DNA of 64,000 bases. Source: Dehalococcoidia bacterium (GTDB lineage Bacteria; Chloroflexota; Dehalococcoidia; DSTF01; JACRBR01). The stretch is from NCBI GenBank assembly GCA_040902535.1, contig JBBDXD010000022.1, positions 220,823 through 284,822 on the forward strand, read 5' to 3'. Positions 47,307-58,800 of the stretch are shown here, piece after piece (positions within the stretch are counted from its first letter, which is position 1; every line of letters begins with the position of its first letter). Both the position numbers and the translations under genes were made by a program. The notes under the pieces are model-generated. The model saw nothing but the letters and a program-made list of their open reading frames with translations. It was not told where the DNA came from and did no database searches.

Positions 47307-47361
47307 TGAGCGTCATGTCCTCTGCTATTCCCCTCCGGATGGACATGTACGTTTGCCGCAT
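47260..47361 (-). promoter_or_regulatory. Putative leader ORF / translational attenuator
   Basis: SD AAGGAG, then MRQTYMSIRR... (33 aa, different frame, overlaps the GTPase start). CATGTCC/GGACATG stem covers the GAGGA SD of the GTPase. Confidence 0.5.
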
Positions 47362-47404
47362 TTCGCTTCTCCTTGGTCGAAGTTGGCCGTTGCCGGGAGT
47401 GTAG

Positions 47405-47433
47405 CAAAATGGCCGCCCTCGCAAGGCGGCCAT
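47405..47433 (-). terminator. Intrinsic terminator after the sdh operon
   Basis: ATGGCCGCC-ttgcgag-GGCGGCCAT followed by TTTG on the minus strand. Confidence 0.75.
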
Positions 47434-47457
47434 GTTGGACCGACGGGCAGGCCGGGA

Positions 47458-48357
47458 TTAGACGCTCGCGAGCTCCGGCAGCTTCTCGATCAGTCTCTTC
47501 GTCGACACGACGTGGTGGTTGAGGCGCAAGTCCTTCGGGTCGATGCCCATCGCCAGCCCCATCATCTGCGGCAGGTGCATGATCGGCAGGTCAATGTCGA
47601 ACTTGGTCACGGCCTTAGCTGCAGGCTGCTGCGCGTCGAGGTTCAGGTGGCAGAGCGGACACGGCGACACGAGCGCATCGGCGCCTTCGTCCTGCGCTTC
47701 GTGGATGTGATTGCCGGCCTGCTTCAGCGAGTTCTCGCGGTTGATCGTCAGCAGCGGGAAGCCGCAGCACTTCTTCTTGCCCTCGTAGTCGACGACTTCC
47801 GCGCCGACCGCCTCGATCACCATCTCCAGGTACTTGTCGCGGTCCGGGTGCTCGTCGAAGCCCAGGATCTCGCTCGGGCGCAGGATGTAGCAGCCGTAGA
47901 ACGGCCCGATCTTCAGCCCGCTGAGCGGCCGTTTCACCATCGACCTGATCTTGTCGAGCCCAATGTCCTCGACGAGGATCCACAGGAAGTTCTTGATCTC
48001 CAGCCCCGGCGTGTACTCCAGGCCTTCGTCGGCCAGCACGGTATTGACCTTCGCCAGGTACTCGGGGTTCTTCGCCAGCTTGTCCTGCACCATGCTCTCG
48101 ATGCCCTGGCACGTCGAGCAAATGTTCATCAGCGGCAGCCCCAGGCGCTGCGCCATCGCAAACGTGCGTGCGTTGAGCGCGTCGGCCATCTCGGGATTCT
48201 GCTCCTGGATGACGCCGGCGCCCGTGCACGTCGCCTGGTCCAGTTCGACCAACTCGATGCCCAGTTCCTGCGCCACCCGGATCGTCGAGACGTACAGCTC
48301 GGGCGCCGCCCCCTTCGAAACGCAGCCCGGCCAGAATGCATACTTCATCGCGCTCAT
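47458..48357 (-). CDS. HdrB-like CCG-domain subunit (SdhE-type membrane anchor)
   Basis: FWPGC, CTGAG, ICSTC, FYGC, CCGF and CPLCH. ATG 48357 coupled to sdhB. Confidence 0.88.
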   Translation of the reverse strand: MSAMKYAFWPGCVSKGAAPELYVSTIRVAQELGIELVELDQATCTGAGVIQEQNPEMADALNARTFAMAQRLGLPLMNICSTCQGIESMVQDKLAKNPEYLAKVNTVLADEGLEYTPGLEIKNFLWILVEDIGLDKIRSMVKRPLSGLKIGPFYGCYILRPSEILGFDEHPDRDKYLEMVIEAVGAEVVDYEGKKKCCGFPLLTINRENSLKQAGNHIHEAQDEGADALVSPCPLCHLNLDAQQPAAKAVTKFDIDLPIMHLPQMMGLAMGIDPKDLRLNHHVVSTKRLIEKLPELASV

Positions 48358-49361
48358 GATTCGACGACCTCCGGCTTCCGGGGCTTCAACGAAGCCGACT
48401 TGCGGATCAGGTTGCGCACCCGCTCCATCCCACTGATCTTGTGCGAACCCGGCAGCCCCGGCGGGATCGCCTGGCCGAGCGGCAGCTTGCCGACGCGCAT
48501 CATCCGAAGCGCGCCCGGCATCTCCTTCGTCATGCGCGGGATGTTGAACATGCCGACAGAGCCCGGCACCATCCACACTTCGTTGAGGCGCCCGCCATCC
48601 GTGATCGACTTGGTGAAGATCGCCGTGTGACGCGAGCCCGCGTTGTTCGTGATCCCCGCCTCGATCGCCATCTCGCGCAACTGCATGATGCGATTCATCG
48701 GCGCGACGCCCTTCGGGCACACCTCGACGCACATGTTGCAGCGCGTGCAGTCCCAGATACCGCCGTACTCGCTCAGTTTCTCCAACCGTTCATGCGCCTT
48801 GCCGTCGCGCGGGTCGGCTGTCACGCGATATGCCTTCGCGAGCGCTGCCGGCGCGATGAAGTTCTTATCCACTTCGAGCACCGTGCAGTCGCTGACGCAG
48901 GCGCCGCACATGATGCAGTTCATCGTGTGCGTCAGGTCGAGCATCGACTCGTTCGGCACGCGATATTCCTCGTCGGGCGGCGGCTCGACGTTCGGCTGAA
49001 TGTACGGATCGACCTGTCGCACCTTCGCCCAGAAGGACTCCATGTCGACGACGAGATCCTTGATCACGGGCATGTTGCCCATCGGCTCGACGGTCAGTTC
49101 CTGCTCTTCGTTGCCCCGCGTCAGCGCGATGATCTTCGCGCGGCAGGCGAGCCGCGCCTGGCCATCGACGCGCATCGAGCAGGAGCCGCAGATCGCGCTC
49201 CGGCAGGAGCAGCGCAGCGCCAGCGTGCCGTCTTCGTATTCCCGGATCTGGATTAGCGCGTCGAGCACGGTCGTATTTTCGGGCGCTTCGATTTCGTATT
49301 TGCTGTAGCCGGTCTTGCCGGACTCGGGGTCGGTGCGCTGTACGCTGAGTTTGACCTTCAT
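48354..49361 (-). CDS. sdhB: Succinate dehydrogenase/fumarate reductase Fe-S subunit
   Basis: SCR.AICGSC, CIMCGAC.S.C and CTRCNMC.EVCP. Confidence 0.94.
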   Translation of the reverse strand: MKVKLSVQRTDPESGKTGYSKYEIEAPENTTVLDALIQIREYEDGTLALRCSCRSAICGSCSMRVDGQARLACRAKIIALTRGNEEQELTVEPMGNMPVIKDLVVDMESFWAKVRQVDPYIQPNVEPPPDEEYRVPNESMLDLTHTMNCIMCGACVSDCTVLEVDKNFIAPAALAKAYRVTADPRDGKAHERLEKLSEYGGIWDCTRCNMCVEVCPKGVAPMNRIMQLREMAIEAGITNNAGSRHTAIFTKSITDGGRLNEVWMVPGSVGMFNIPRMTKEMPGALRMMRVGKLPLGQAIPPGLPGSHKISGMERVRNLIRKSASLKPRKPEVVES

Positions 49362-51062
49362 CTAGTACTTCCTTTCCTGTGGCTCCCACTTCGTGATCGT
49401 CACAGGGATGTAGGACATCTTCTCTGAACCGTCGGGTTGACGCGTCAGCGCGATGTGTTTCAGCCAGTTCTCGTCGTCGCGGTTCGGGAAGTCCAGTCGC
49501 GTATGCGCGCCGCGGCTCTCCTTCCGCTCGATCGCGCTCTTCGTGATCATCTCCGCGCAGTCCAGCATGTAGCCGAGTTCGATATGGAACAACAGGTCGG
49601 TATTGAACACCTTGCCCTTGTCCTCGACGCCGACCTTGTCGTAACGCGCGCGCAGGTCCTTCAGCACGCCGAGTTGCTCGTTGAGCTTGTCCGGGCTCCG
49701 GAACATGCCGACGTTCACGCTCATCGTCTCGCCCATGTCGCGCCTGATCTTCGCGATGCGGTCGCCGTTCGTCGGCCGGTCGATGACTGAGCGAATCATC
49801 TTGCGGTCTTCTTCGACGACGCTCTCCGGGATCGGCCGGAAGGTCTTGGTGCAGACCGTCTCGACGGCGTGCTCGGCGGCGCGACGACCGAAGACGATCG
49901 TGTCGAGCAGCGAATTCGCGCCGACGCGGTTGGCGCCGTGCACGCTCACGCACGCTGCTTCCCCCGCGGAATAGAGCCCCGGCAGCGAACAGAGGCCGTT
50001 GAAGTCCGTCTTGACGCCGCCCATGATGTAATGGACGCCCGGGCGAATCGGCAGCAGTTCGTTGACGATGTCGATGTTCACCAGGTCGCGTGCGATCTCG
50101 TAGATCTCCTCGAGGCGCTCTTTGATGAGTTTCTCGCCGAGATGGCGCATGTCCAGGTACACGGAGCCGTCGACGCCGCGGCCCTCGTCGATCTCCGTCT
50201 GCTCCGCGCGCGATACGACGTCCCGCGATGCCAGTTCCATCATGTTCGGCGCGTACTTCTCCATGAAGCGCTCGCCGTCCTTGTTCAGCAGGTACGCGCC
50301 TTCCCCACGCGCTCCCTCGGTGATCAGGACGCCCGAGCCCTGGAGCGTCGTCGGGTGGATCTGCACCATCTCCATGTCCATGATCGCGGCGCCCGCGCGG
50401 TAACCCAGCGAGATGCCGTCGCCGGTGCAGATCAGCGCGTTCGTCGAAGGCTCGTACACCCTCCCCAGCCCGCCCGTCGCGATGATCGTCGCCTTCGCCG
50501 TGATCGCGTGCAGTTCACCGGTGCGGATGTTCATCGCCACGCAGCCGCGACAGTAGCCGTCGTCGACGATCAGGCTGGTGACGAACCACTCCTCGTAGTT
50601 GCGCATCGCGTTGAAGATGCCGGGCTTCATGAGTTGTTCGTAGAGCACGTGCAGCATCGCCTGGCCGGTGATCGCCCCGACGAAAAACGTGCGCGCCTTG
50701 CCCATGCCGCCGAACCGCCGCGTCGCCATGCGGCCGTCCGCGCGGCGGCTGAAGACGACGCCCCAGTGCTCCATCTGGAGCACCTCGCCGCCGCCCTCCT
50801 GCGCCAGGATCTCGATCGCGTCCTGGTCGCCGAGGTAGTCCGACGCCTTGATGGTCTCGTAGGCGTGCTCCTCCCACGGCCCGCCGTCCTCGCCGATGCC
50901 GGGGCCGTTGACGCCCCCTTGCGCGGCGTTCGAGTGCGACCGCACCGGGTGCACCTTCGAGATCATCGCGACGTTGGCGCCTGCCTGCTGCGCCGCGATC
51001 GCCGCGCGCATGCCGGCGAGCCCGGCGCCGATGACGAGAATGTCGTGATCGTAGACAGCCAT
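49362..51062 (-). CDS. sdhA: Succinate dehydrogenase/fumarate reductase flavoprotein
   Basis: GAGLAG, RSHS.AAQGG (covalent FAD His), HPT, LASRD, HGANR and RKESRGAH. Confidence 0.96.
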   Translation of the reverse strand: MAVYDHDILVIGAGLAGMRAAIAAQQAGANVAMISKVHPVRSHSNAAQGGVNGPGIGEDGGPWEEHAYETIKASDYLGDQDAIEILAQEGGGEVLQMEHWGVVFSRRADGRMATRRFGGMGKARTFFVGAITGQAMLHVLYEQLMKPGIFNAMRNYEEWFVTSLIVDDGYCRGCVAMNIRTGELHAITAKATIIATGGLGRVYEPSTNALICTGDGISLGYRAGAAIMDMEMVQIHPTTLQGSGVLITEGARGEGAYLLNKDGERFMEKYAPNMMELASRDVVSRAEQTEIDEGRGVDGSVYLDMRHLGEKLIKERLEEIYEIARDLVNIDIVNELLPIRPGVHYIMGGVKTDFNGLCSLPGLYSAGEAACVSVHGANRVGANSLLDTIVFGRRAAEHAVETVCTKTFRPIPESVVEEDRKMIRSVIDRPTNGDRIAKIRRDMGETMSVNVGMFRSPDKLNEQLGVLKDLRARYDKVGVEDKGKVFNTDLLFHIELGYMLDCAEMITKSAIERKESRGAHTRLDFPNRDDENWLKHIALTRQPDGSEKMSYIPVTITKWEPQERKY

Positions 51063-51253
51063 GGGGCGCCTACCCCTCCCCTGGTGGATCCGCCCGTGCG
51101 GGCCGCTTCCGTTCGTTCGCGGTAAAGAGATCGATCGCCGCGCCGGCGCCGGTTGTCAGTGCGATCGTTGGCGGCCGGCCGGGGTGCGCATCCGGAGCGC
51201 GCAGGAGGCGGGAGTCAGGATGCGAAATCGTTCAATCCCCCTCTCGTACGGGC

Positions 51254-51271
51254 ATGTGAAGCCTATCACCA
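51254..51271. promoter_or_regulatory. Rex/CRP-like imperfect palindrome upstream of sdhA
   Basis: ATGTGAA-gcct-ATCACCA versus the Rex consensus TTGTGAA-N4-TTCACAA. Confidence 0.3.
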
Positions 51272-51358
51272 GCTTCAGATAGGGACAAGAATCGCACGGC
51301 CGCGCACTTTCGCGGCCCGCGATAGCGCGCGTTACGATGCCGCCGAAAGCGAGGACAC

Positions 51359-52270
51359 ATGCGCATCGGCCTGCAAGTACCGTACTTCACGTGGCTCAAC
51401 GGGCCTCCGGTCGGGGAGGCGTTCGGCGGTGTCGCCCAGCGCGCCGAGGCCGCCGGCTTCGATTCGCTCTGGGTCATGGACCACTTCTTCCAGATCCCCG
51501 GCGTCGGGCCGCCTGAGTTCGACATGCTCGAGAGTTACACGACGCTCGGGTTCGCCGCCGCGAAGACTTCGCGCATTAAGCTCGGCACCATGGTGACCGG
51601 CGTCACCTATCGGCATCCCGGCATCCTCGTGAAGACCGCGACGACCCTCGACGTGCTATCGGGCGGCCGTGCGTACTTCGGCATCGGCGCCGCATGGTTC
51701 GACCGCGAGCACGCGGGACTCGGCGTGCCGTTTCCGCCGCTCAAGCAACGCTTCGAGATGCTCGAAGAGACGCTGCAGATCGCCGGCCGGATGTGGAGCG
51801 ATAACAACGGCCCCTACGAGGGCGCCCACTACCAACTCGCGGAAACGCTCTCCGTGCCGCAGCCGGTATCGAAGCCGCACCCGCCGATCCTGATCGGTGG
51901 CCGCGGCGAGAAGAAGACGCTCCGTCTCGTCGCCAGGTACGCCGACGCCTGGAACATGGGCACGTCATTCAACGACGACGGCGTCGCCGAGTTCAAACGC
52001 CTTTCCGGCGTCCTGCGCGCGCACTGCGAGCGCGAGGGCCGCGCCTACGGCGACATCGAGAAGACGGTGCTCACGACGCTGATGGTGCGCCTCGATGGCG
52101 GCGGCCGCTGGCTGTCGCCGGCACAGGCGATTGCGCAGTTTCAGGACTTCGCCGAAGCAGGCGTCGACCAGGTGATCGTCAACATGCCTCACGTCGAGGT
52201 GCCGGAGACGCTCGACTTTTTGGCGGCGCGGGGCGTACCGGAGGTCCACAAGCTGCAGGTCCGCGCGTAG
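51359..52270 (+). CDS. LLM-class F420-dependent oxidoreductase
   Basis: GFDSLWVMDHF, LGTMVTG..YR.P, TLDVLSGGR and PPILIGG.GEK.TLRLVA. Confidence 0.92.
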   Translation: MRIGLQVPYFTWLNGPPVGEAFGGVAQRAEAAGFDSLWVMDHFFQIPGVGPPEFDMLESYTTLGFAAAKTSRIKLGTMVTGVTYRHPGILVKTATTLDVLSGGRAYFGIGAAWFDREHAGLGVPFPPLKQRFEMLEETLQIAGRMWSDNNGPYEGAHYQLAETLSVPQPVSKPHPPILIGGRGEKKTLRLVARYADAWNMGTSFNDDGVAEFKRLSGVLRAHCEREGRAYGDIEKTVLTTLMVRLDGGGRWLSPAQAIAQFQDFAEAGVDQVIVNMPHVEVPETLDFLAARGVPEVHKLQVRA

Positions 52271-52441
52271 CACGGCCGGTTGCGCGGCGCGTGGCCGCGG
52301 GACGTCGCCCGGGATGCCGCCAGCGTCACGCTGCGGACGGACGGCAAGTTGACCCGCGACGATCGGGATGCCGTCGATGAGGCGGTAGAGGCGTACGGCA
52401 GGTTCCTCGGCCTGTCGGTGGAAGTCTCGCTCGCGCATTAG
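52271..52441 (+). pseudogene. C-terminal remnant of a winged-helix / AlkZ-like DNA glycosylase gene
   Basis: Manual translation HGRLRGAW...DAVDEAVEAYGRFLGLSVEV resembles that family's C-terminal pattern (DG...G.W...E...Y..FLG). No start codon. Confidence 0.5.
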
Positions 52442-52558
52442 ATGGCGCCTGGCAGCGATGCGCGTTCACGAGCGATGATTTTGCGCGCATTTTGCACATC
52501 GGCCATCGCCGCCGGACGGCGACGCACGTAGACTGAACCTCGTTCAGCGAGGTGATCG

Positions 52559-54085
52559 ATGCGTGCGAAGAAGACCGACCGAGAGTTGCCCATCCTGCTG
52601 CCGTTCGTCCCCGGCCAGGCGAGCAACGGCGAATTCGTGCCGAAAGAGCGCACGCCGGCGCATCGCCGCGCGGAAGCGCTCGCGCACGGCATGGCCGAAG
52701 ACATCGCCAAGAAGCGCGGCCTTGACCGCCGTCGCTTCCTGATGAGCGCAGGCGGCATGGCCGTCACGCTCGCCGCGATCAATCTCGCAGGCTGCGACGA
52801 CGACGACACCCGCGATCTCCCCGAAGGCGTCGACTCCGGCGGCACGTTCAACACGCCCGCCGACGCCGATCCCGACGCCGTCTGCGAAGTGCTCGACGGC
52901 GACGAGTTCATCTTCGACGTGCAGACGCACCACGTCGACCCGGAAGGGCCGTGGGTGAACGAGAGCCCGGCGACGGCGGGCGCCTTCCGCCTCTTTCCCG
53001 GCGACCCTGCCTGTAACGAGACGGACCAACTCGACTGCTTGAGCCGCTACTACTACGCGCACGACATCTTCCTCGAAAGCGACACCACGATCGCCGTCCT
53101 TTCGGACACGCCCTCGGGCAACGACTCGACCGATCCCTTGAACTTCGACGAAATGAAGCGCACGCGCGACATCATGAACGAGCTGTCGCCCGCCAACACC
53201 GGCCGGCTGCGCCTGCACAGCGTCGTCGTGCCCAACGCGCCCGCCGGCCTCGATGCGGCGCTCGAACGCATGCAGGCTCGCGCCGAGACGCTCGATGTCG
53301 CGGCGTGGAAGATCTACACGCCATATGGCCCCGGCGGCCGCGGCTGGATGCTCGACGACGATATGGGCATTGCCGTCATCGAGCAGGCGCGTGCGCTGGG
53401 CGTGAAGACGATCTGCGCCCACAAGGGGCTGCCGCTCTTCGGCTTCGACCGCGCCGCCGCGTCGCCGCGCGATATCGGCGTCGTCGCGGCGGCGTATCCC
53501 GACATGAACTTCGTCGTGTATCACTCGGGCTGGTTTCCGGGGCATCGCGAAGCGGCGTACAACGCGGACCAGGCCGAAGGCGTCGACGTGCTCGTCAAGA
53601 GCCTCGTCGATAACGGCGTCCAACCGAACACGAACGTCTACGCCGAACTCGGCTCGACGTGGCGCAACATCATGAGCGACCGCACGCAGGCGGCGCATCT
53701 GCTCGGCAAGCTGATCAAGTACGTCGGCGAAGACAACGTGCTGTGGGGTACCGACTGCATCTGGACGGGATCGCCGCAACCGCAGATCGTCGCCTTTCGC
53801 GCGTTCCAGATCGAGCCGCAGTTCGCGCAGCAGTACGGCTATGGCGCGCTGACCGACGATGTGAAGCGCAAGATCTTCGGCATGAACGCCGCGCGGCTCT
53901 ACGGCGTCGATCCGGAGACGCAGCGATGCAAGATCGAACGCGATCAGGTCGAAGAGCTGCGCCAGACGTACATGGAGTTGGAGCCGGACACGCACGAGGT
54001 CCGCTGGGCGCCCAAGGGCCCGACGACGCGACGCGGCATGCTCCGCTGGTTCGCGGACCACGGCGGCAAGTGGCAGTTGGGCTGA
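52559..54085 (+). CDS. Amidohydrolase_2-family protein with Tat/lipoprotein signal
   Basis: DRRRFL...LAGC, D.QTH, HKG, YHSG, YAELG and WGTD.IW.GSP. Confidence 0.85.
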   Translation: MRAKKTDRELPILLPFVPGQASNGEFVPKERTPAHRRAEALAHGMAEDIAKKRGLDRRRFLMSAGGMAVTLAAINLAGCDDDDTRDLPEGVDSGGTFNTPADADPDAVCEVLDGDEFIFDVQTHHVDPEGPWVNESPATAGAFRLFPGDPACNETDQLDCLSRYYYAHDIFLESDTTIAVLSDTPSGNDSTDPLNFDEMKRTRDIMNELSPANTGRLRLHSVVVPNAPAGLDAALERMQARAETLDVAAWKIYTPYGPGGRGWMLDDDMGIAVIEQARALGVKTICAHKGLPLFGFDRAAASPRDIGVVAAAYPDMNFVVYHSGWFPGHREAAYNADQAEGVDVLVKSLVDNGVQPNTNVYAELGSTWRNIMSDRTQAAHLLGKLIKYVGEDNVLWGTDCIWTGSPQPQIVAFRAFQIEPQFAQQYGYGALTDDVKRKIFGMNAARLYGVDPETQRCKIERDQVEELRQTYMELEPDTHEVRWAPKGPTTRRGMLRWFADHGGKWQLG

Positions 54086-54175
54086 AGCCGGCGGCAGCAT
54101 CCGTCCGGGCCTGAACAGCGCCTGTCTGTTGACGTAACGTACTCTATAGGTGCTGTAGTTAGGCCGTCGGCACAA

Positions 54176-55036
54176 TTGACGCTAATTCCGGCCCTCCATT
54201 CCGCCGAAACTCTCTTCGTGAGCCCACTGCGAAGTCTTCGCGTCCGCAGGGCGGCGTTACTGTCGGCAGGCGGCCTGGCCGTCTTCCTGTCGTACGTCGC
54301 CGTCATGACGGGCACCGCGACCGACGCGACGATTGGTCCGGTCAGCATCGCAGCCGTCGCGTTTCCGGGATTGGTGACCGGCCTCGTGCTCGTCGCCTAC
54401 GTTGCGTGGGAGACCCGCAATGTACAGGCCGCAAGCCACCTCGCCCAAGAGTTGAGCACGCAGCTCGTCCGCAAGGAAATCGAGATCGGCCGCATCTCCA
54501 CGGTCGATGAGCTTACGCGCCTCTACGCGCGCCGCGAGTTCGAGAACAGCATGAAGGTCGAGTTCGAGCGGCGGCGCCGCTATGGCCGCGACCTCTCGCT
54601 GCTCCTGCTCGATGTGGCGTACGTGAGCGCCGCCGGCGAGGGAACGCTGCCGAAGACCTACCTGCTGTCCGAGATGGCGGCGATCTTTCGCGATGTGCTG
54701 CGCGCGAACGACATCGGCGGCCGCTACACGCCGGAGCGCCTCGGCCTGCTGCTGCCGGAGACGGACGAGATCCGCGCCCAGATCGTCGCCGACAAGATCC
54801 GCGCCGCCGTCGCGAGGCATCCGTTGTTCGGCGCGCTCCAGGACGGCAGCCCGCGCGCCACGGTTTCGATCGGCATCGTCATCGCCGACTACGCCTTCGC
54901 GACCTGCGAAGAGTTCGCCGTCGCTGCCGAAACGGCGCTCGCCGAAGCGATCGCCGCGGGCCCCAACCAGGTACGCATGTACACCCGCGCGCAGCCCGCC
55001 CACGACGAGAGCGGCCCCTTCCGCCTCGCGAGCTAA
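54176..55036 (+). CDS. Membrane protein with degenerate GGDEF domain
   Basis: D.LT.LY.RR, LSLLLLD and T.SIG retained. Signature reads RYTPERL. Start uncertain. Confidence 0.8.
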   Translation: MTLIPALHSAETLFVSPLRSLRVRRAALLSAGGLAVFLSYVAVMTGTATDATIGPVSIAAVAFPGLVTGLVLVAYVAWETRNVQAASHLAQELSTQLVRKEIEIGRISTVDELTRLYARREFENSMKVEFERRRRYGRDLSLLLLDVAYVSAAGEGTLPKTYLLSEMAAIFRDVLRANDIGGRYTPERLGLLLPETDEIRAQIVADKIRAAVARHPLFGALQDGSPRATVSIGIVIADYAFATCEEFAVAAETALAEAIAAGPNQVRMYTRAQPAHDESGPFRLAS

Positions 55037-55048
55037 CGCCGCGCTCCC

Positions 55049-55084
55049 AGGTTCAAGGTTCTCAGTTCAAGGTTCTGAGGTTCT
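55049..55084. repeat. Degenerate heptamer array AGGTTC(A/T), about 5 copies
   Basis: AGGTTCA AGGTTCT CAGTTCA AGGTTCT G AGGTTCT. Confidence 0.8.
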
Positions 55085-55154
55085 GGCATCTCCGTCCCCT
55101 CGTGCGCCATACTCGCCGCAATATGAACGCACTCATTGCGACCACACCGCCGCC

Positions 55155-55751
55155 ATGCCGCTAGCGCGCCTGCGCGGCATCGTCGAGGAGAAGGGCGCTG
55201 ACTGGGTGATCGTCGGCGTCGGCGGCATCGGCCTCGTCGCGTCCGTACCGTCGACGGCCGCCGACGATCTGGCGGTCGGCCGGCAGGCTGCGCTCTTCAC
55301 GTATCTTCACGTCCGCGAGGACGCGCTCACGCTGTACGGCTTCACGTCGCGCGACGAGCTACGTCTGTTCGAGCAGCTGATCGGCGTCAGCGGCGTCGGG
55401 CCGCGTGCCGCGTTAGGCCTCTTGTCCGCGCTCGATGGCCCGAGGCTCGCGACGGCGATCGCCTCCGGCCAGACCGACCTGCTGCGCAAGGTGCCCGGCG
55501 TCGGCCAGAAGACCGCCGAGCGGCTCGTGCTCGAGCTGCGCGACAAAGTCGCTGTACCCGACGACCTGCCGCCGCCATCGCTGACGAAGCAGGGCGAACG
55601 CCAGGCCGACGCCGATCTCGTCGCCGCGCTAATGGGTCTCGGCTACACGCAGATGGAAGCCCAAAACGCCGCCGAACGATTACCGGACGCCGGCGAGGCT
55701 TCGTTGGAGGAGCGCGTCAGGAGCGTCCTCCAGTCGTTGGCGCCGCGGTAA
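55155..55751 (+). CDS. ruvA: Holliday junction branch migration protein RuvA
   Basis: VREDALTLYGF, VSGVGPR.AL and VPGVG.KTAER..LEL. ATG 55155. Confidence 0.96.
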   Translation: MPLARLRGIVEEKGADWVIVGVGGIGLVASVPSTAADDLAVGRQAALFTYLHVREDALTLYGFTSRDELRLFEQLIGVSGVGPRAALGLLSALDGPRLATAIASGQTDLLRKVPGVGQKTAERLVLELRDKVAVPDDLPPPSLTKQGERQADADLVAALMGLGYTQMEAQNAAERLPDAGEASLEERVRSVLQSLAPR

Positions 55752-55808
55752 ATCGCCGAAACTGTGGCGCGGGCTTTCAGCCCGCGAACCGTCGCCAAGC
55801 GTGGCCCA

Positions 55809-56558
55809 TTACATGTACTGGCCGCCGTTGGGGTTGAACTGCTGCCCCGTGATCCAGTCGCCCTCCGTACACAGGAAGCGGACGAATGCGGCGACTTCCT
55901 CCGGCTTGCCGAAGCGGCCCAGCGGGATCTGCGACAGCAGGTTTTTCTTCACGTCGTCGCTCAGCGCGATCACCATGTCCGTCTCGACGAACCCCGGGCA
56001 CATCGCATTGACCGTGATGTTATTGCGCGCGAGTTCCTTCGCCGCCGACTTCGCGAACGCGATCAGCCCCGCCTTCGCAGCCGCGTAGTTCGACTGCCCG
56101 ACGTTCCCCATCTGCCCGATGATGCTCGACATGACGATGATGCGGCCGTAGTTGCGCTCCGTCATGTGCGGCACCGCCGCCGACGTACAGTAGAAGGCGC
56201 TGCTGAGGTCCGTGCTGATCACCTCGTCCCACTCGGCGACGGACAGCCGCTTCAACGTGCGGTCGCGGTTGACGCCGGCGTTGTTCACCAGGATGTCGAT
56301 CTGGCCGTACGTCTCGACCGCCTTGTCGACGAGCGCCTTCGCTTCGTCCGCATTCCCGACGTGCGCCTTGAAGGTCATCGCCTTGCCGCCGGCGTCGTTG
56401 ACCTGCTTCGCGAGCTGCTCGGCCGGTTCGGGGCTCTGGTTGTAATTGATGACGACCGTCGCACCCTCGCGCGCCAGTTCTTCCGCGCAGGCGCGACCGA
56501 TCCCGCGCGACGCACCCGTGACGACGGCCACCTGGCCTTCGAGACGCTTCTCCGACAT
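55809..56558 (-). CDS. SDR: acetoacetyl-CoA reductase (PhaB-like) or FabG paralog
   Basis: TGASRGIG, NNAG..RD and G..GQ.NYAAAKAG. Ends NPNGGQYM. Confidence 0.85.
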   Translation of the reverse strand: MSEKRLEGQVAVVTGASRGIGRACAEELAREGATVVINYNQSPEPAEQLAKQVNDAGGKAMTFKAHVGNADEAKALVDKAVETYGQIDILVNNAGVNRDRTLKRLSVAEWDEVISTDLSSAFYCTSAAVPHMTERNYGRIIVMSSIIGQMGNVGQSNYAAAKAGLIAFAKSAAKELARNNITVNAMCPGFVETDMVIALSDDVKKNLLSQIPLGRFGKPEEVAAFVRFLCTEGDWITGQQFNPNGGQYM

Positions 56559-56656
56559 GAGTCCTCCGGTGAGTGATTCGGGGGTGAGTTCGCTATCGGC
56601 GGTGAATGTAACGGATGCGGGGATGGGGGGCTAGAAGATGCCCGAGGAGTAGCTGA

Positions 56657-57004
56657 CTAAATCTCCAGCACGTTGCCGTCGATGTCCTCGATGCGCGCAA
56701 ACGGTACTTCCGGCGCGTGCTCGCCGCGCTCGATCACCTTGCCGCCCGCCGCTTCGACGTCCCGGATCGCCGCATCGAGGCCGACGGCGTGGTCGACGTG
56801 CATGCCGATGTTCTGCGGCCCGGCGCCGGCGTGCTCCGGATCGAGCAGCAGCCCCATCGACGTCTCCGTGCCCGGGATACCGACGAACGCGATGCCTTCG
56901 TTGCGGAAGATCACTTCCAGGTCGAAGGCATCCTTGTAGAAGCGCGCCGCCCGGTCGAGGTCGCGCACCGGCACGATGAACAGCAGAGACGTGATTCGTG
57001 CCAT
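56657..57004 (-). CDS. VOC/glyoxalase family protein
   Basis: V.DLDRA..FY...F and D.DGN.LEI. Confidence 0.88.
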   Translation of the reverse strand: MARITSLLFIVPVRDLDRAARFYKDAFDLEVIFRNEGIAFVGIPGTETSMGLLLDPEHAGAGPQNIGMHVDHAVGLDAAIRDVEAAGGKVIERGEHAPEVPFARIEDIDGNVLEI

Positions 57005-57008
57005 GCGC

Positions 57009-58694
<1,686 letters not shown>

Positions 58695-58800
58695 GCCGTC
58701 ACCTCGTCTCACTGTAGATGCGGTATGCGGGAATGGTAACTCAGGCGGCCGCCAAACGCGGCTGCGGGGAGGACCGAGCACGGAAATTGTTCTGGAATTT

